From assembly GCA_963668625.2 (NCBI GenBank), contig CAXXKA010000005.1, positions 128,001 to 192,000 on the forward strand: a stretch of 64,000 nt of DNA, given 5' to 3'. This document shows, piece by piece, positions 21,447 through 30,856 of this stretch (positions are counted from its first letter, which is position 1; every line of letters starts with the position of its first letter). The position numbers were made by a program, and so were the translations under genes. Under the pieces are notes generated by a model. The model was not told the DNA's origin, did not search any database, and saw nothing but the letters and a program-made list of their open reading frames with translations. Source of the DNA: an uncultured candidate division Zixibacteria bacterium (GTDB lineage: Bacteria; Zixibacteria; MSB-5A5; UBA10806; 4484-95).

Positions 21447-24077
21447 TTGGTATTTTTACTTTTACTTTTATCAATTAATTTAGCATTTACAGATTGCCCA
21501 TGTATTCAAAACTGGGCTTCTAGTGACTGGTGTTCGATTTACTCAGTAAGAGCCAATGCCCCCGAGCGCGAAGTTACTTTTTATATAGAATTATATACTA
21601 CTTGCGCAAATGGCAATGATCGTGACGATATCGGCGCAGAGTTTTTTGTTAAAGATGATTGTCATAAAAATGTAAACTGGGGATATTATCCCAGCGATTA
21701 CAAATGGGGTTGTGGCGTTTTATGCGGTGATAATTGCTGGTGCGGTGAGGACTGTGCTTATGCTCCTTCTTTTGTTTATTCTATTTATACTATGAAAGTT
21801 ATATATGGAGGAATTTTTACGATCACCGTAAAATATAAAGGTGATATTCTATACAGAAATGAATTTGATTTCGAGGAATTCCCCGGCTATACTGGCCCGG
21901 AAATTCTTTTAGCTATTTTTAGAAGCCTAGCAGATGAAACTTTACCTGAAATAGATGTCATAGATATCGATGAGGGATTTAAAATACGAGCTACTGCTAG
22001 GTGGCATCCCAAACCCGAGAATCACGATCAGCTAATTGAAGCTGTTATTAAAGGTGAATATGCTAACGATTCTCTGGTAACTAGCTTACGAAAAACAGGT
22101 TTTGATGGCGATATCACTACTTATGAGACGCAAATAGCACCATCAGCATTAAGGGAAATGTATTTTAATCCCGATGATCACTTCATGAATGACCATAAGG
22201 AAAGGCTAACTGTTTATACTCACAAAGCGGGATGTGATTTCCCTGAAAATACAGGCCCTGAAGATAGGGTTTATATTGGAAAGTATCGGTTTTGGATTTC
22301 TGAACTGACTTTTAATAATAGTATCGATTTAAAAAAGGACGATCCCGCTATCCCGCCAGGGCAAGGTACACAAATTAATATCCAAAAACCTGAATGGTTA
22401 ATGGGAGATGCGCGAAATGAACCAGTATGTTATGTTAAAAACTCTCCTGTATCTATGAAACTAAAAGCGCATACAAACTTTTTGCCATATCATAAATTAC
22501 CTTTTCATCTTTCTGCTATTCCCAGCATCGACCAGAGAAGATATTATATTTATAATGATGACCCATCTCAAGATACTACTTATTATTTTGACAACATATC
22601 CAATTGCACGATTGATAGCATAAAAACAAATGGTTCCCTTCCTGATAGTGTAGGTTTTGATACGCTTAGTTTTTCATGGAAGTTCAGATTATCGCCTCAA
22701 AGTAACATAAGGTCATCAAAGAGAACTGGAACTCACAATATTTACAGGATTTATAACGATCCTATTCAGCCATCTCATAGTGAAGTACTTCCTGTTTATG
22801 TGGAGGGATGTTTGGATGAGGTTTGCAAAGACTGGGCGAAGAATACAAACTCTATAGATACAATATTTCAAGTTTGTTCAAGGGGAATATCTTCTTTTTG
22901 TGAATATAATAGTATGATAGATTCGGGAAATGATCCTTATAGTATTTATTGGACTCCAAATAGGATAGGTCTATGCCTAAATTATTCCAAATATATGAAT
23001 GTGTTATTGCATTCTATTGGAGTACCTGCTAATTGTCGATCTATCTGGTCTGGTACTATACAATCCAATATTCCATATCTTTATTATTGGAGAAATGCAA
23101 GTGATTCTTCAGACTATTATCTTTGGGTTACAACTAATTATTTTAGCGATGATTATAGTTATATTTACCACGCTATTGTTAATAGCCCACAAGGTGTAGC
23201 AGATCCTGTTACAGGATTTTATGATGATTGGCCAACATACGTTAAAAAGAATTTACGATACTATTATAATCCATTATGCTTACCAGATGAACCCCCAGGA
23301 CCAGATCCACAAGTCTACGATTGGCCTTATAATAAATATCCGAATATTCCTGTACCAAACTGGAATCCATATAGGGAAAGAGATAGCGGTTGCTATCACA
23401 CGCCTCTATTATTAGCTAATGATGAAAGAGCATTACCCAAAAAACTTGAATCTTCTTACATAACTCCTTTTAGATGGGCCAAAGTTAAGTCGTGCCCAGA
23501 TTATTCTAAAGTAATTAATATTGCATCCAGCCAAAATAAGCGGTTTAATGATTTTGAGCATCCAGGAATGTATTTAGCGCGGCCACAAGCCAAATGGGTT
23601 AAAGCTACTGAGGAAGATCAAAATTTTATCCGAAAGGTGTTATCAGAAAATCTAGCGTCAGAATTCTACTCTGAAGCAATAATTGATTCAATAGTTAGTT
23701 TATATTTGATTGATTTAAATAGAAAAGAATTTTACTTTGAAGCTACTGTTAATAGTATAAGGTTTCGCTTCTCAGGATGGTATGGAAAATTCGCACACAT
23801 CTATGTATTTACTGAGATAAAATCTAAAGATGATTTCATAGAATTAAGCAAAAAATATTTCAAGTTACCAAAACTGGAAAAAGAAGAAGTGGTTTTTGAT
23901 GATTACAAAGATCAATTTGGATGTTATGATTTCTTTTATTCTTATGATAAAAAAGACATAGATTTTGAACTTTATGGATACCCTTATTTGGATTGCTATC
24001 CAAGTGAAAAAAACGGTATGGAATGTGATTACGATTATGTAATCATAAATTTAACCGTGCACGCTGATGAGGAATAA
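21447..24077 (+). CDS. Secreted protein with transglutaminase-like (Cys-His-Asp) domain, gene A
   Basis: Hydrophobic N-terminus, Cys-rich region, GLCLNYSKYMNVLLHSIGVPA...YHAIV...ADPVTG; AT-rich. Confidence 0.65.
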   Translation: MVFLLLLLSINLAFTDCPCIQNWASSDWCSIYSVRANAPEREVTFYIELYTTCANGNDRDDIGAEFFVKDDCHKNVNWGYYPSDYKWGCGVLCGDNCWCGEDCAYAPSFVYSIYTMKVIYGGIFTITVKYKGDILYRNEFDFEEFPGYTGPEILLAIFRSLADETLPEIDVIDIDEGFKIRATARWHPKPENHDQLIEAVIKGEYANDSLVTSLRKTGFDGDITTYETQIAPSALREMYFNPDDHFMNDHKERLTVYTHKAGCDFPENTGPEDRVYIGKYRFWISELTFNNSIDLKKDDPAIPPGQGTQINIQKPEWLMGDARNEPVCYVKNSPVSMKLKAHTNFLPYHKLPFHLSAIPSIDQRRYYIYNDDPSQDTTYYFDNISNCTIDSIKTNGSLPDSVGFDTLSFSWKFRLSPQSNIRSSKRTGTHNIYRIYNDPIQPSHSEVLPVYVEGCLDEVCKDWAKNTNSIDTIFQVCSRGISSFCEYNSMIDSGNDPYSIYWTPNRIGLCLNYSKYMNVLLHSIGVPANCRSIWSGTIQSNIPYLYYWRNASDSSDYYLWVTTNYFSDDYSYIYHAIVNSPQGVADPVTGFYDDWPTYVKKNLRYYYNPLCLPDEPPGPDPQVYDWPYNKYPNIPVPNWNPYRERDSGCYHTPLLLANDERALPKKLESSYITPFRWAKVKSCPDYSKVINIASSQNKRFNDFEHPGMYLARPQAKWVKATEEDQNFIRKVLSENLASEFYSEAIIDSIVSLYLIDLNRKEFYFEATVNSIRFRFSGWYGKFAHIYVFTEIKSKDDFIELSKKYFKLPKLEKEEVVFDDYKDQFGCYDFFYSYDKKDIDFELYGYPYLDCYPSEKNGMECDYDYVIINLTVHADEE

Positions 24078-24449
24078 AATGAAAAGTTTCAAGATATCAA
24101 TAGTATTCATTGCCTTTATGTGTTTGTTTGCGACATCAAACCTGCAAGCTTGGGATACTTTCTCTTACGAATCAACCGTAGACTCATTAATACCCCCTGA
24201 AGGCAATCCCGGTATATGGGATACGATAAGCGTACCAGTTGATATTATCATTGAAGATTTAAACGTTTATGTAGAGATCGAAACATTTTCATACATTGCC
24301 GGCTCATTAGGTAATACGCTAACATCACCATGGCAAGATACTGTTACTATCTGCTATAGAAATGGTGATCGAGTATTGCCTTTATGGTTCGATACCGATG
24401 ATGATGAGGATGGCCCGGGAGACCTTGATGATTATAACGGCTTAAATGC
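24049..24449 (+). repeat. 401-bp direct repeat, copy 1
   Basis: Matches 25496-25896 at offset 1447 with 7 mismatches by eye. Confidence 0.95.
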
Positions 24450-25524
24450 TTGCGGCAAGTTGTTAATGAAGGCTGCTTATAATAATGAAAACTTTGACTG
24501 GCATATGATAAACATGTATTCAGATTATGCACTAGATGCTGTATATGGCAAATATCTACAGTGGAATGATTATAAAACTGATGCTTTTAGGTATTATTGG
24601 AATCAAAATTGTGTCGCTTCTGAACCGCCCCGAGAAAATCCAGCAGTTTTAGACTATACTAGTAGCGTATTTCCAAATAAGCCATGGGTCAATGATGTTG
24701 ATGCATATAGAAGCTTATGTCTACATATAACTCAATACAATTTAGGTAGTGGGCAATTACCATTCATGCTTTTTGATTTTGAAGAATGGATTATGAATTC
24801 ATTTCGATTAAAAGCTCTTGGTTTAAGCTCATACATAATAGATCCTCTAGAAAACTGTTCCAGTGATGAAATAAATTCATTTATTAGAACATCGAACCTT
24901 GATAATCCTGGATACTATTTTAGATTCCCCGGTTCTGGTTCTAGCTCAACTGAAGATATAGAATTAAATGATACCAACATTTTATTTTTTAGGAAAATCG
25001 AAAGTAATTACATAAATAGCTATTATCACAATGAAAGTATTATTGATTCTCTAAATTGCTTTCATATGTTTGATAACATTAGAAAAAATCTTTTAACTGC
25101 TAGTAAATATAAAGGTTATAACATAATTGATTCTACAGAATCACATTACAAAATTGATTTGAAAAGGAATGAATTTTTCTTTGACATTGAATCTAATGGA
25201 ACAGCTTTCCGTTTTTCCGGCTGGTATGGCAAATTCGCGCATATATACACTATAACTGAATTCGATTCTAAAAAAGGGTTTATAAAAGAAGCTCAAAAGT
25301 ATTTTAATCTACCTGATCTTGATTTAAATAAAGTCTCTTATATCGAGGGAGAAGATGGAATAACCGGCTGCTATGATTACTTCTATTCTTATGATGATCC
25401 TGATGCCGGTTTCAAACTATATGCATACCCGTTTATTACATCCAACAATTGCGAGGAAGATTCCGGAGATAAATATCACGATGGTGTTATCCTTGATTTA
25501 ACCGTATACGCTGAGGAGGAATAA
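24079..25524 (+). CDS. Chimeric secreted protein: N-terminus of gene B fused to the C-terminal part of a gene A paralog
   Basis: First ~124 aa nearly identical to 25526..26308; the rest aligns to gene A (FRFSGWYGKFAHIY, GCYDxFYSYD, LTVxAxEE). Confidence 0.8.
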   Translation: MKSFKISIVFIAFMCLFATSNLQAWDTFSYESTVDSLIPPEGNPGIWDTISVPVDIIIEDLNVYVEIETFSYIAGSLGNTLTSPWQDTVTICYRNGDRVLPLWFDTDDDEDGPGDLDDYNGLNACGKLLMKAAYNNENFDWHMINMYSDYALDAVYGKYLQWNDYKTDAFRYYWNQNCVASEPPRENPAVLDYTSSVFPNKPWVNDVDAYRSLCLHITQYNLGSGQLPFMLFDFEEWIMNSFRLKALGLSSYIIDPLENCSSDEINSFIRTSNLDNPGYYFRFPGSGSSSTEDIELNDTNILFFRKIESNYINSYYHNESIIDSLNCFHMFDNIRKNLLTASKYKGYNIIDSTESHYKIDLKRNEFFFDIESNGTAFRFSGWYGKFAHIYTITEFDSKKGFIKEAQKYFNLPDLDLNKVSYIEGEDGITGCYDYFYSYDDPDAGFKLYAYPFITSNNCEEDSGDKYHDGVILDLTVYAEEE

Positions 25525-25896
25525 AATGAGAAGTTTCAAGATATCAATAGTATTCATTGCCTTTATGTGTTTGTTTGCGACATCAAACCTGCAAGCTTGG
25601 GATACTTTCTCTTACGAATCAACCGTAGACTCATTAATACCCCCTGAAGGCAATCCCGGTATATGGGATACGATAAGCGTACCAGTTGATATTATCATTG
25701 AAGATTTAAACGTTTATGTAGAGATCGAAACATTTTCATACATTGCCGGCTCATTAGGTAATACGCTAACATCACCATGGCAAGATACTGTTACTATCTG
25801 TTATAGAAATGGTGATCGAGTATTGCCTTTATGGTTCGATACCGATGATGACGAGGATGGCCCGGGAGACCTTAATGATTATAACGGCTTAAATGC
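25496..25896 (+). repeat. 401-bp direct repeat, copy 2
   Basis: Matches 24049-24449. Confidence 0.95.
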
Positions 25897-26308
25897 ATAC
25901 GGTGAGTGGGAGATGTATGTTTATATATTTGCAGATAGTTATCCTCTAACCTGGGATAGCTGGGCGCTGGAGATTATAGGCGAACCGCTTTCCACCGCCG
26001 ATGAAGCCTTATTGCCTTTAACAACCGGCTTGAATGATATTTATCCTAATCCGTTTAACTCCACGGCAGTTATTCACTATTCACTGGAAAATCCGGCAAT
26101 GGTCAATTTCAGTATATACAATATTCTTGGTGAGATCGTCAGGACTTATAAGGTAGACCATCAGGCTGCGGGATATTATCAGCTAAAATGGGATGGTGTA
26201 ACCTCCACCGGCCAACCGGCTGCCTCCGGTGTATACTACACTCGCATGGTAGCCGATGGTAACACCGGCAAAACCACATTCACAAGGAAGCTGACACTAC
26301 TGAAATAG
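25526..26308 (+). CDS. Secreted proprotein-convertase P-domain-like protein with T9SS-A/FlgD-like CTD, gene B
   Basis: Signal peptide; IEDLNVYVEI...GEWEMYV...WDSWALEI; YPNPFN...WDG...SGVYY...KLTLLK. Confidence 0.75.
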   Translation: MRSFKISIVFIAFMCLFATSNLQAWDTFSYESTVDSLIPPEGNPGIWDTISVPVDIIIEDLNVYVEIETFSYIAGSLGNTLTSPWQDTVTICYRNGDRVLPLWFDTDDDEDGPGDLNDYNGLNAYGEWEMYVYIFADSYPLTWDSWALEIIGEPLSTADEALLPLTTGLNDIYPNPFNSTAVIHYSLENPAMVNFSIYNILGEIVRTYKVDHQAAGYYQLKWDGVTSTGQPAASGVYYTRMVADGNTGKTTFTRKLTLLK

Positions 26309-26640
26309 AGCAGGCATCCATCCGCGAAAGACCTGTTGCCAATCCATGCCTGTTACGTTTGCAATTCCAACGCATATTAATCAATCCCAAGCAGATATAA
26401 CCGTCGCTTTGGCGCCCCTGACAGAAATATCAATATACCATACTATATTTAGCACACTACGCTTTACACTCAACACCTCAAAAATTGGTTAAAATCATTG
26501 CCTAACACACTTTTAATAAACATTTTCCCGCCGATAGGAAATTATAGATTGCGTTATCAGAGATAATGCATATATTGATTGCCGGCCTACCGGTCAGCCC
26601 TTTGGGGCAAGTTAAGTATTCGTAAGGAGGACATTCATAA

Positions 26641-28719
26641 ATGCCAGCAAAGAAAACAGCAGCGGCAAAGAAAAAAGCTCAACCAAAGAAAAGAATAGGG
26701 GGTAGCGCAAAAAGTAAGACTAAATTAGCTAAAGAAAAATCAAGAGTCGAAGCTACCGCCAAGAAAGCGCTCGATCAAATTGAAGATTTGGAGGAAGTTG
26801 CTCCAAAGAAGAAAACCCGCACCAAAGCGGCTCGTGTAAAACTCAAGAAAGTCGAACACGTAACCGCCCTCACCGAGGAAGATCTCGAGGATCAGGAGTA
26901 TACCGAAGAGGAATACAACAAGATGCTTGTCATGTACGAGAGCACGATCAACGATTTCAAAGAGGGTGAAATTGTCAACGGTAAGGTGATGGCTGTCACC
27001 CGTGATGATGTTATCGTGGATGTCGGTTTCAAATCCGAGGGCATCATACCGATGCACGAGTTCAAAGAGCCGATCAATGTTTCCGTGGGTGACCAGATCG
27101 ATGTCTATCTCGAGGCAATCGAGGACAGCGATGGTCAATTAGTACTTTCCAAGCAAAAAGCCGATTTCCTGAGAGTTTGGGACAATATCAAGGATTGTCA
27201 CGACTCCGGTGAGACGATCAAAGGCAGAGTCGTCAGGCGTATCAAGGGTGGTCTGGTAATCGATTTATTCGGCGTGGAATCATTCCTGCCGGGTTCACAG
27301 GTCGCATTACGCCAGGTACCCGATTTTGACGCGCTAATCGAGAACGAACTCGAGCTGAAGATTATCAAGATAAATAAAAGCCGCCGCAATATCGTAGTAT
27401 CCCGCAGGGCGGTTTTAGAGGAGCAGCGCAAAGAGATGCGCGAGGCTTTACTGCAGGAAATCCAGCCCGGACAGGTGCGCGAGGGTGTTGTTAAAAATAT
27501 CACCGATTTCGGTGTATTTATCGATTTAGGCGGAGTGGATGGCCTTTTACATATAACGGATATGTCATGGGGCAGAATCAATCACCCATCCGAAATTTGC
27601 AAACTCGGCGAAGATATCAAGGTTAAAATCCTCGATTTCGACAATCAGTCGGGAAGAATTTCGCTGGGCTTGAAACAACTCACACCATATCCCTGGGAAA
27701 ATGTCGAGGAAAGATATCCTGTCAACAGCCGAATTAAAGGCCGGGTCGTATCGATAACAGATTACGGCGCCTTTATCGAACTTGAACGCGGCGTTGAGGG
27801 ACTTATACATATTTCAGAGATGTCCTGGACACAGCATATCAAGCATCCGTCAAAGTTACTCTCTGTCGGTGATGATATCGAAGCTGTTGTCCTCACTGTA
27901 GATAAAGAAAACGAGAAGATCTCCCTGGGCTTGAAACAGCTCGAACCCGATCCGTGGTTGACAATCGATCTGAAATACCCGATCGGCAACCTGGTGAAAG
28001 GCAAGGTCAGAAACCTGACTACGTTCGGCGCTTTCGTGGAGATCGAGGATGGTATAGACGGCCTGATTCATATTTCGGATATGTCCTGGACCAAGAGAAT
28101 CCAGCATCCCTCCGAGATTATGAAGAAAAACGATGAGATCGATGTCAGAGTTCTTTCTATCGATAAAGAAAACCGTCGCATCTCATTGGGCTTGAAACAG
28201 GTTATCGATGATCCGTGGCCGGATCTCGAAATGAAATACGCGGTTAACACCGAGACCCTGGGCACTATAACCCGCCTGTTAGACAGAGGCGTTATCGTCG
28301 AGCTCGAGGGCAATGTCGAGGGATTCGTACCAACCCACATGATGGGTAAGGCCGATATCTCAAAACCCGCCGAGGCTTTCAACGAGGGTGAAGAGATTCC
28401 GCTGAGAGTTGTCGAATTCGATTCGAAAAACCGTAAGATCCTGCTTTCTGTCGAGGCCTATTACGCTGTTCGTGAAAATGAGGAGATGGATACTTTCTTA
28501 GCCGCTCATCCGACCAGAACGGTCAAAATGGGTGAGGTTCTCGAAGGCGCGCTTGAGGGCGCAGCAGGCGAGGAGAAAACTGAGGAAGCCACCGCTCCTG
28601 TAGCCGTAGCGGAATCCGAACCAGAACCCGAAGCCAAAGCCGAGGAACAGGCCGAGCCTGAACCGGAAGCCGCCGAGGATGAGGAAAAGGAAGCCGATTC
28701 GGATAACGGACAGAAATAA
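26641..28719 (+). CDS. rpsA: 30S ribosomal protein S1
   Basis: DVGFKSEG, FLPGSQ, repeated GLxHIS/TxMSW S1 domains; K/A-rich N-extension and acidic tail. Confidence 0.97.
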   Translation: MPAKKTAAAKKKAQPKKRIGGSAKSKTKLAKEKSRVEATAKKALDQIEDLEEVAPKKKTRTKAARVKLKKVEHVTALTEEDLEDQEYTEEEYNKMLVMYESTINDFKEGEIVNGKVMAVTRDDVIVDVGFKSEGIIPMHEFKEPINVSVGDQIDVYLEAIEDSDGQLVLSKQKADFLRVWDNIKDCHDSGETIKGRVVRRIKGGLVIDLFGVESFLPGSQVALRQVPDFDALIENELELKIIKINKSRRNIVVSRRAVLEEQRKEMREALLQEIQPGQVREGVVKNITDFGVFIDLGGVDGLLHITDMSWGRINHPSEICKLGEDIKVKILDFDNQSGRISLGLKQLTPYPWENVEERYPVNSRIKGRVVSITDYGAFIELERGVEGLIHISEMSWTQHIKHPSKLLSVGDDIEAVVLTVDKENEKISLGLKQLEPDPWLTIDLKYPIGNLVKGKVRNLTTFGAFVEIEDGIDGLIHISDMSWTKRIQHPSEIMKKNDEIDVRVLSIDKENRRISLGLKQVIDDPWPDLEMKYAVNTETLGTITRLLDRGVIVELEGNVEGFVPTHMMGKADISKPAEAFNEGEEIPLRVVEFDSKNRKILLSVEAYYAVRENEEMDTFLAAHPTRTVKMGEVLEGALEGAAGEEKTEEATAPVAVAESEPEPEAKAEEQAEPEPEAAEDEEKEADSDNGQK

Positions 28720-28742
28720 CCAGTTACGAAATACGATATTTG

Positions 28743-28772
28743 AGGCTCTCTGTTATCGGGGAGCCTTTTTTT
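28743..28772 (+). terminator. Rho-independent terminator after rpsA
   Basis: AGGCTCTC-loop-GGGAGCCT followed by a T run. Confidence 0.8.
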
Positions 28773-28895
28773 ATTAATTCCTCTCAATGGCAATAATAGG
28801 TTGACAAACAACGCCTTAATCACTAATTATCATACCTTAATCGTGTAATTATCAGGGATTTGAGAAGGAATTGCTCACGATTGCAGCGAAATAAC

Positions 28896-30002
28896 ATGAT
28901 AAAACTACTGTTTAAAATCGGCTACGTCTATCATATGGCTGCTTTCGAATCCGTTATAGATAAGCTTCTGAACAACCCCAATTACGATGTCTGGTTCTCG
29001 CTGGAATACGAAAAGAAGCGTGTCCTGTTTTTCGATATACCATATAAGGCGCCTATTATAGAGAAATGGAAACAGCTGGGGTATCGGTTCACCGAGCGTA
29101 AAACCGGTTTCGATGTTATAATCGCGGGTGATACTATCAGAAATTCCAGCGATTACGGCAAATCAATATTGTGTTTTTTAAACCACGGTACCGGAATTAA
29201 AAACATCCTTTACAGGAACTTAGCCTCACGTCCCGAGGATAAATACCAGGTATTCGTCGAGGGACAACATCGCGTGGACTCACTGAACAACTCCGGCAGC
29301 CTGGGTAAAAACGAGGTACACCTGATTGGATTACCCAAGCTGGATTATTATTTCCAGGGCAAATTTCGCGATAGGGAAAACCTTCTGAGGAAATGGGGGC
29401 TCGATCCGAGCAAGAAAACCATCCTGTTCGCGCCAACGTATAAACCAACCTGTTTGTACGAAATAAAGGATGATATATTCGAGCAAACCAAAGATTACAA
29501 CCTGATTATCAAACTTCACCCTTATAGCTGGATGGGTAAATACGCGCCTCACCGCCAGCATAGGATATTCGAAAAGCGGGTTGGTAAATACCCACACAGC
29601 GTCTTATTACCGGCTCACGAGTACAATATACTGCCATATTTCGCAGCTGCCGATACGCTCTTGAGCGAGGCCTCGAGCACGGTGTTCGATTTTCTAGCGC
29701 TGGGCAAAACCGGAATAGTTTACGATCTGGACTGCTCAAACTTGAAACACTCAGATGGCCAACCTCTTCTGGAGATAGATAATCGTGAGTTTCTTAAAGA
29801 TGCGTTCATTCATGTAGATAATGGCAGGGATATCGGCAAAGCAGTGGAACGGGCGCTCAAGCCTACGCCGGGAATGATACGGGCGGCTGATGATTATCGA
29901 GAGCGTATGTTTTGTAAGCTGGATGGTAAAGCAGCCGAGCGTATGCTGGACACTATCGAAAGATTACTGGAAGAGGGCGGGCACGAGAATATACCCGCAT
30001 GA
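28896..30002 (+). CDS. CDP-glycerol glycerophosphotransferase (TagB/TagF) family protein
   Basis: NHGTGIK, GLPKLD, ILFAPTY, IKLHP, ADTLLSEASS motifs. Confidence 0.85.
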   Translation: MIKLLFKIGYVYHMAAFESVIDKLLNNPNYDVWFSLEYEKKRVLFFDIPYKAPIIEKWKQLGYRFTERKTGFDVIIAGDTIRNSSDYGKSILCFLNHGTGIKNILYRNLASRPEDKYQVFVEGQHRVDSLNNSGSLGKNEVHLIGLPKLDYYFQGKFRDRENLLRKWGLDPSKKTILFAPTYKPTCLYEIKDDIFEQTKDYNLIIKLHPYSWMGKYAPHRQHRIFEKRVGKYPHSVLLPAHEYNILPYFAAADTLLSEASSTVFDFLALGKTGIVYDLDCSNLKHSDGQPLLEIDNREFLKDAFIHVDNGRDIGKAVERALKPTPGMIRAADDYRERMFCKLDGKAAERMLDTIERLLEEGGHENIPA

Positions 30003-30018
30003 GAGCAAGGAATAATCG

Positions 30019-30732
30019 ATGAAAACCGTGATTGTAGCCGCTGGCCTGGGCAGCCGTCTGTGGCGAGAAACATATAGCAAGCCCAAAACTCTCCTGCCAT
30101 TCGGTGAGGGAACCATACTATCGACAATTTTGAGCAATTTTCACGAAGTGGGAATCGATGATTTCGTTATCGTGGTCGGTTTTCAGGCGGAATATATAAA
30201 ACAGTATATGACCGAAAACGATAATTTCGGCTATAACGTGGCTTTCATAAATAATGACGGTTGGGAGAAAGGCAACGGTATCTCGGTGATGGTTGCCGAA
30301 CCGGAGGTCAGGGGTGAGGATTTCATCCTGACTATGTCCGATCATATACTGCCGACCGAGGCATTGAAAAGAATTGTTAACCATGATAGCCGTCATAACC
30401 TTCTTCTGGTTGATCCCAATACCTCTGATGTTTTCGATATCGATGATGCTACCAAGGTGCAACTCGAGCAAAGCCGTATAACCGGGATCGGCAAGGAACT
30501 GAATCGGTACGATGGTATCGACTGCGGAATATTCCGGTTAAATGATAACTATTTCAGCTCGATCAGAAAAGCGCTCGAGAACGATCAGGACTCTATTAGC
30601 GCCGCGATAAAAATCCTGATTGCCAACAACGATATGGAGGCTGTCTTTCTAAACGAACATGAGAAATGGGTGGATATCGACACGCCGGCCGATTACGAAT
30701 ACTCGAGAAAGCTGATAACCCCAAATACCTGA
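30019..30732 (+). CDS. NTP transferase, IPCT/LicC-like cytidylyltransferase
   Basis: AAGLGSRL, PKTLL, KGNGISV, MSDH, DATKV, IGKEL, DCGIF, WVDIDT motifs. Confidence 0.8.
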   Translation: MKTVIVAAGLGSRLWRETYSKPKTLLPFGEGTILSTILSNFHEVGIDDFVIVVGFQAEYIKQYMTENDNFGYNVAFINNDGWEKGNGISVMVAEPEVRGEDFILTMSDHILPTEALKRIVNHDSRHNLLLVDPNTSDVFDIDDATKVQLEQSRITGIGKELNRYDGIDCGIFRLNDNYFSSIRKALENDQDSISAAIKILIANNDMEAVFLNEHEKWVDIDTPADYEYSRKLITPNT

Positions 30733-30770
30733 ACCGCTTAACCTCAATATTTCCAGTAATGCATTGCCGC

Positions 30771-30798
30771 TTGACAAAGCTTTCCCCAAAGCTATAAT
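30771..30798 (+). promoter_or_regulatory. sigma70 promoter
   Basis: TTGACA-N16-TATAAT. Confidence 0.7.
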
Positions 30799-30856
30799 TA
30801 TATGTTTTAAACCGGTACCGGGGAAACCCTGATACTAATGATAAGGATGTGTAATA

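Noticed and set aside
24049-25896. Diversity-generating retroelement TR/VR pair
   Set aside because: The few mismatches are not adenine-specific, both copies are at gene 5' ends, and no reverse transcriptase is present
26449-26475. CIRCE-like TTAGCACAC
   Set aside because: Only a half site, with no GAGTGCTAA arm, and not near heat-shock genes
21242-26640. Prophage, integron or ICE origin of the AT-rich island
   Set aside because: No integrase, tRNA target, att repeats or attC-like sites are visible
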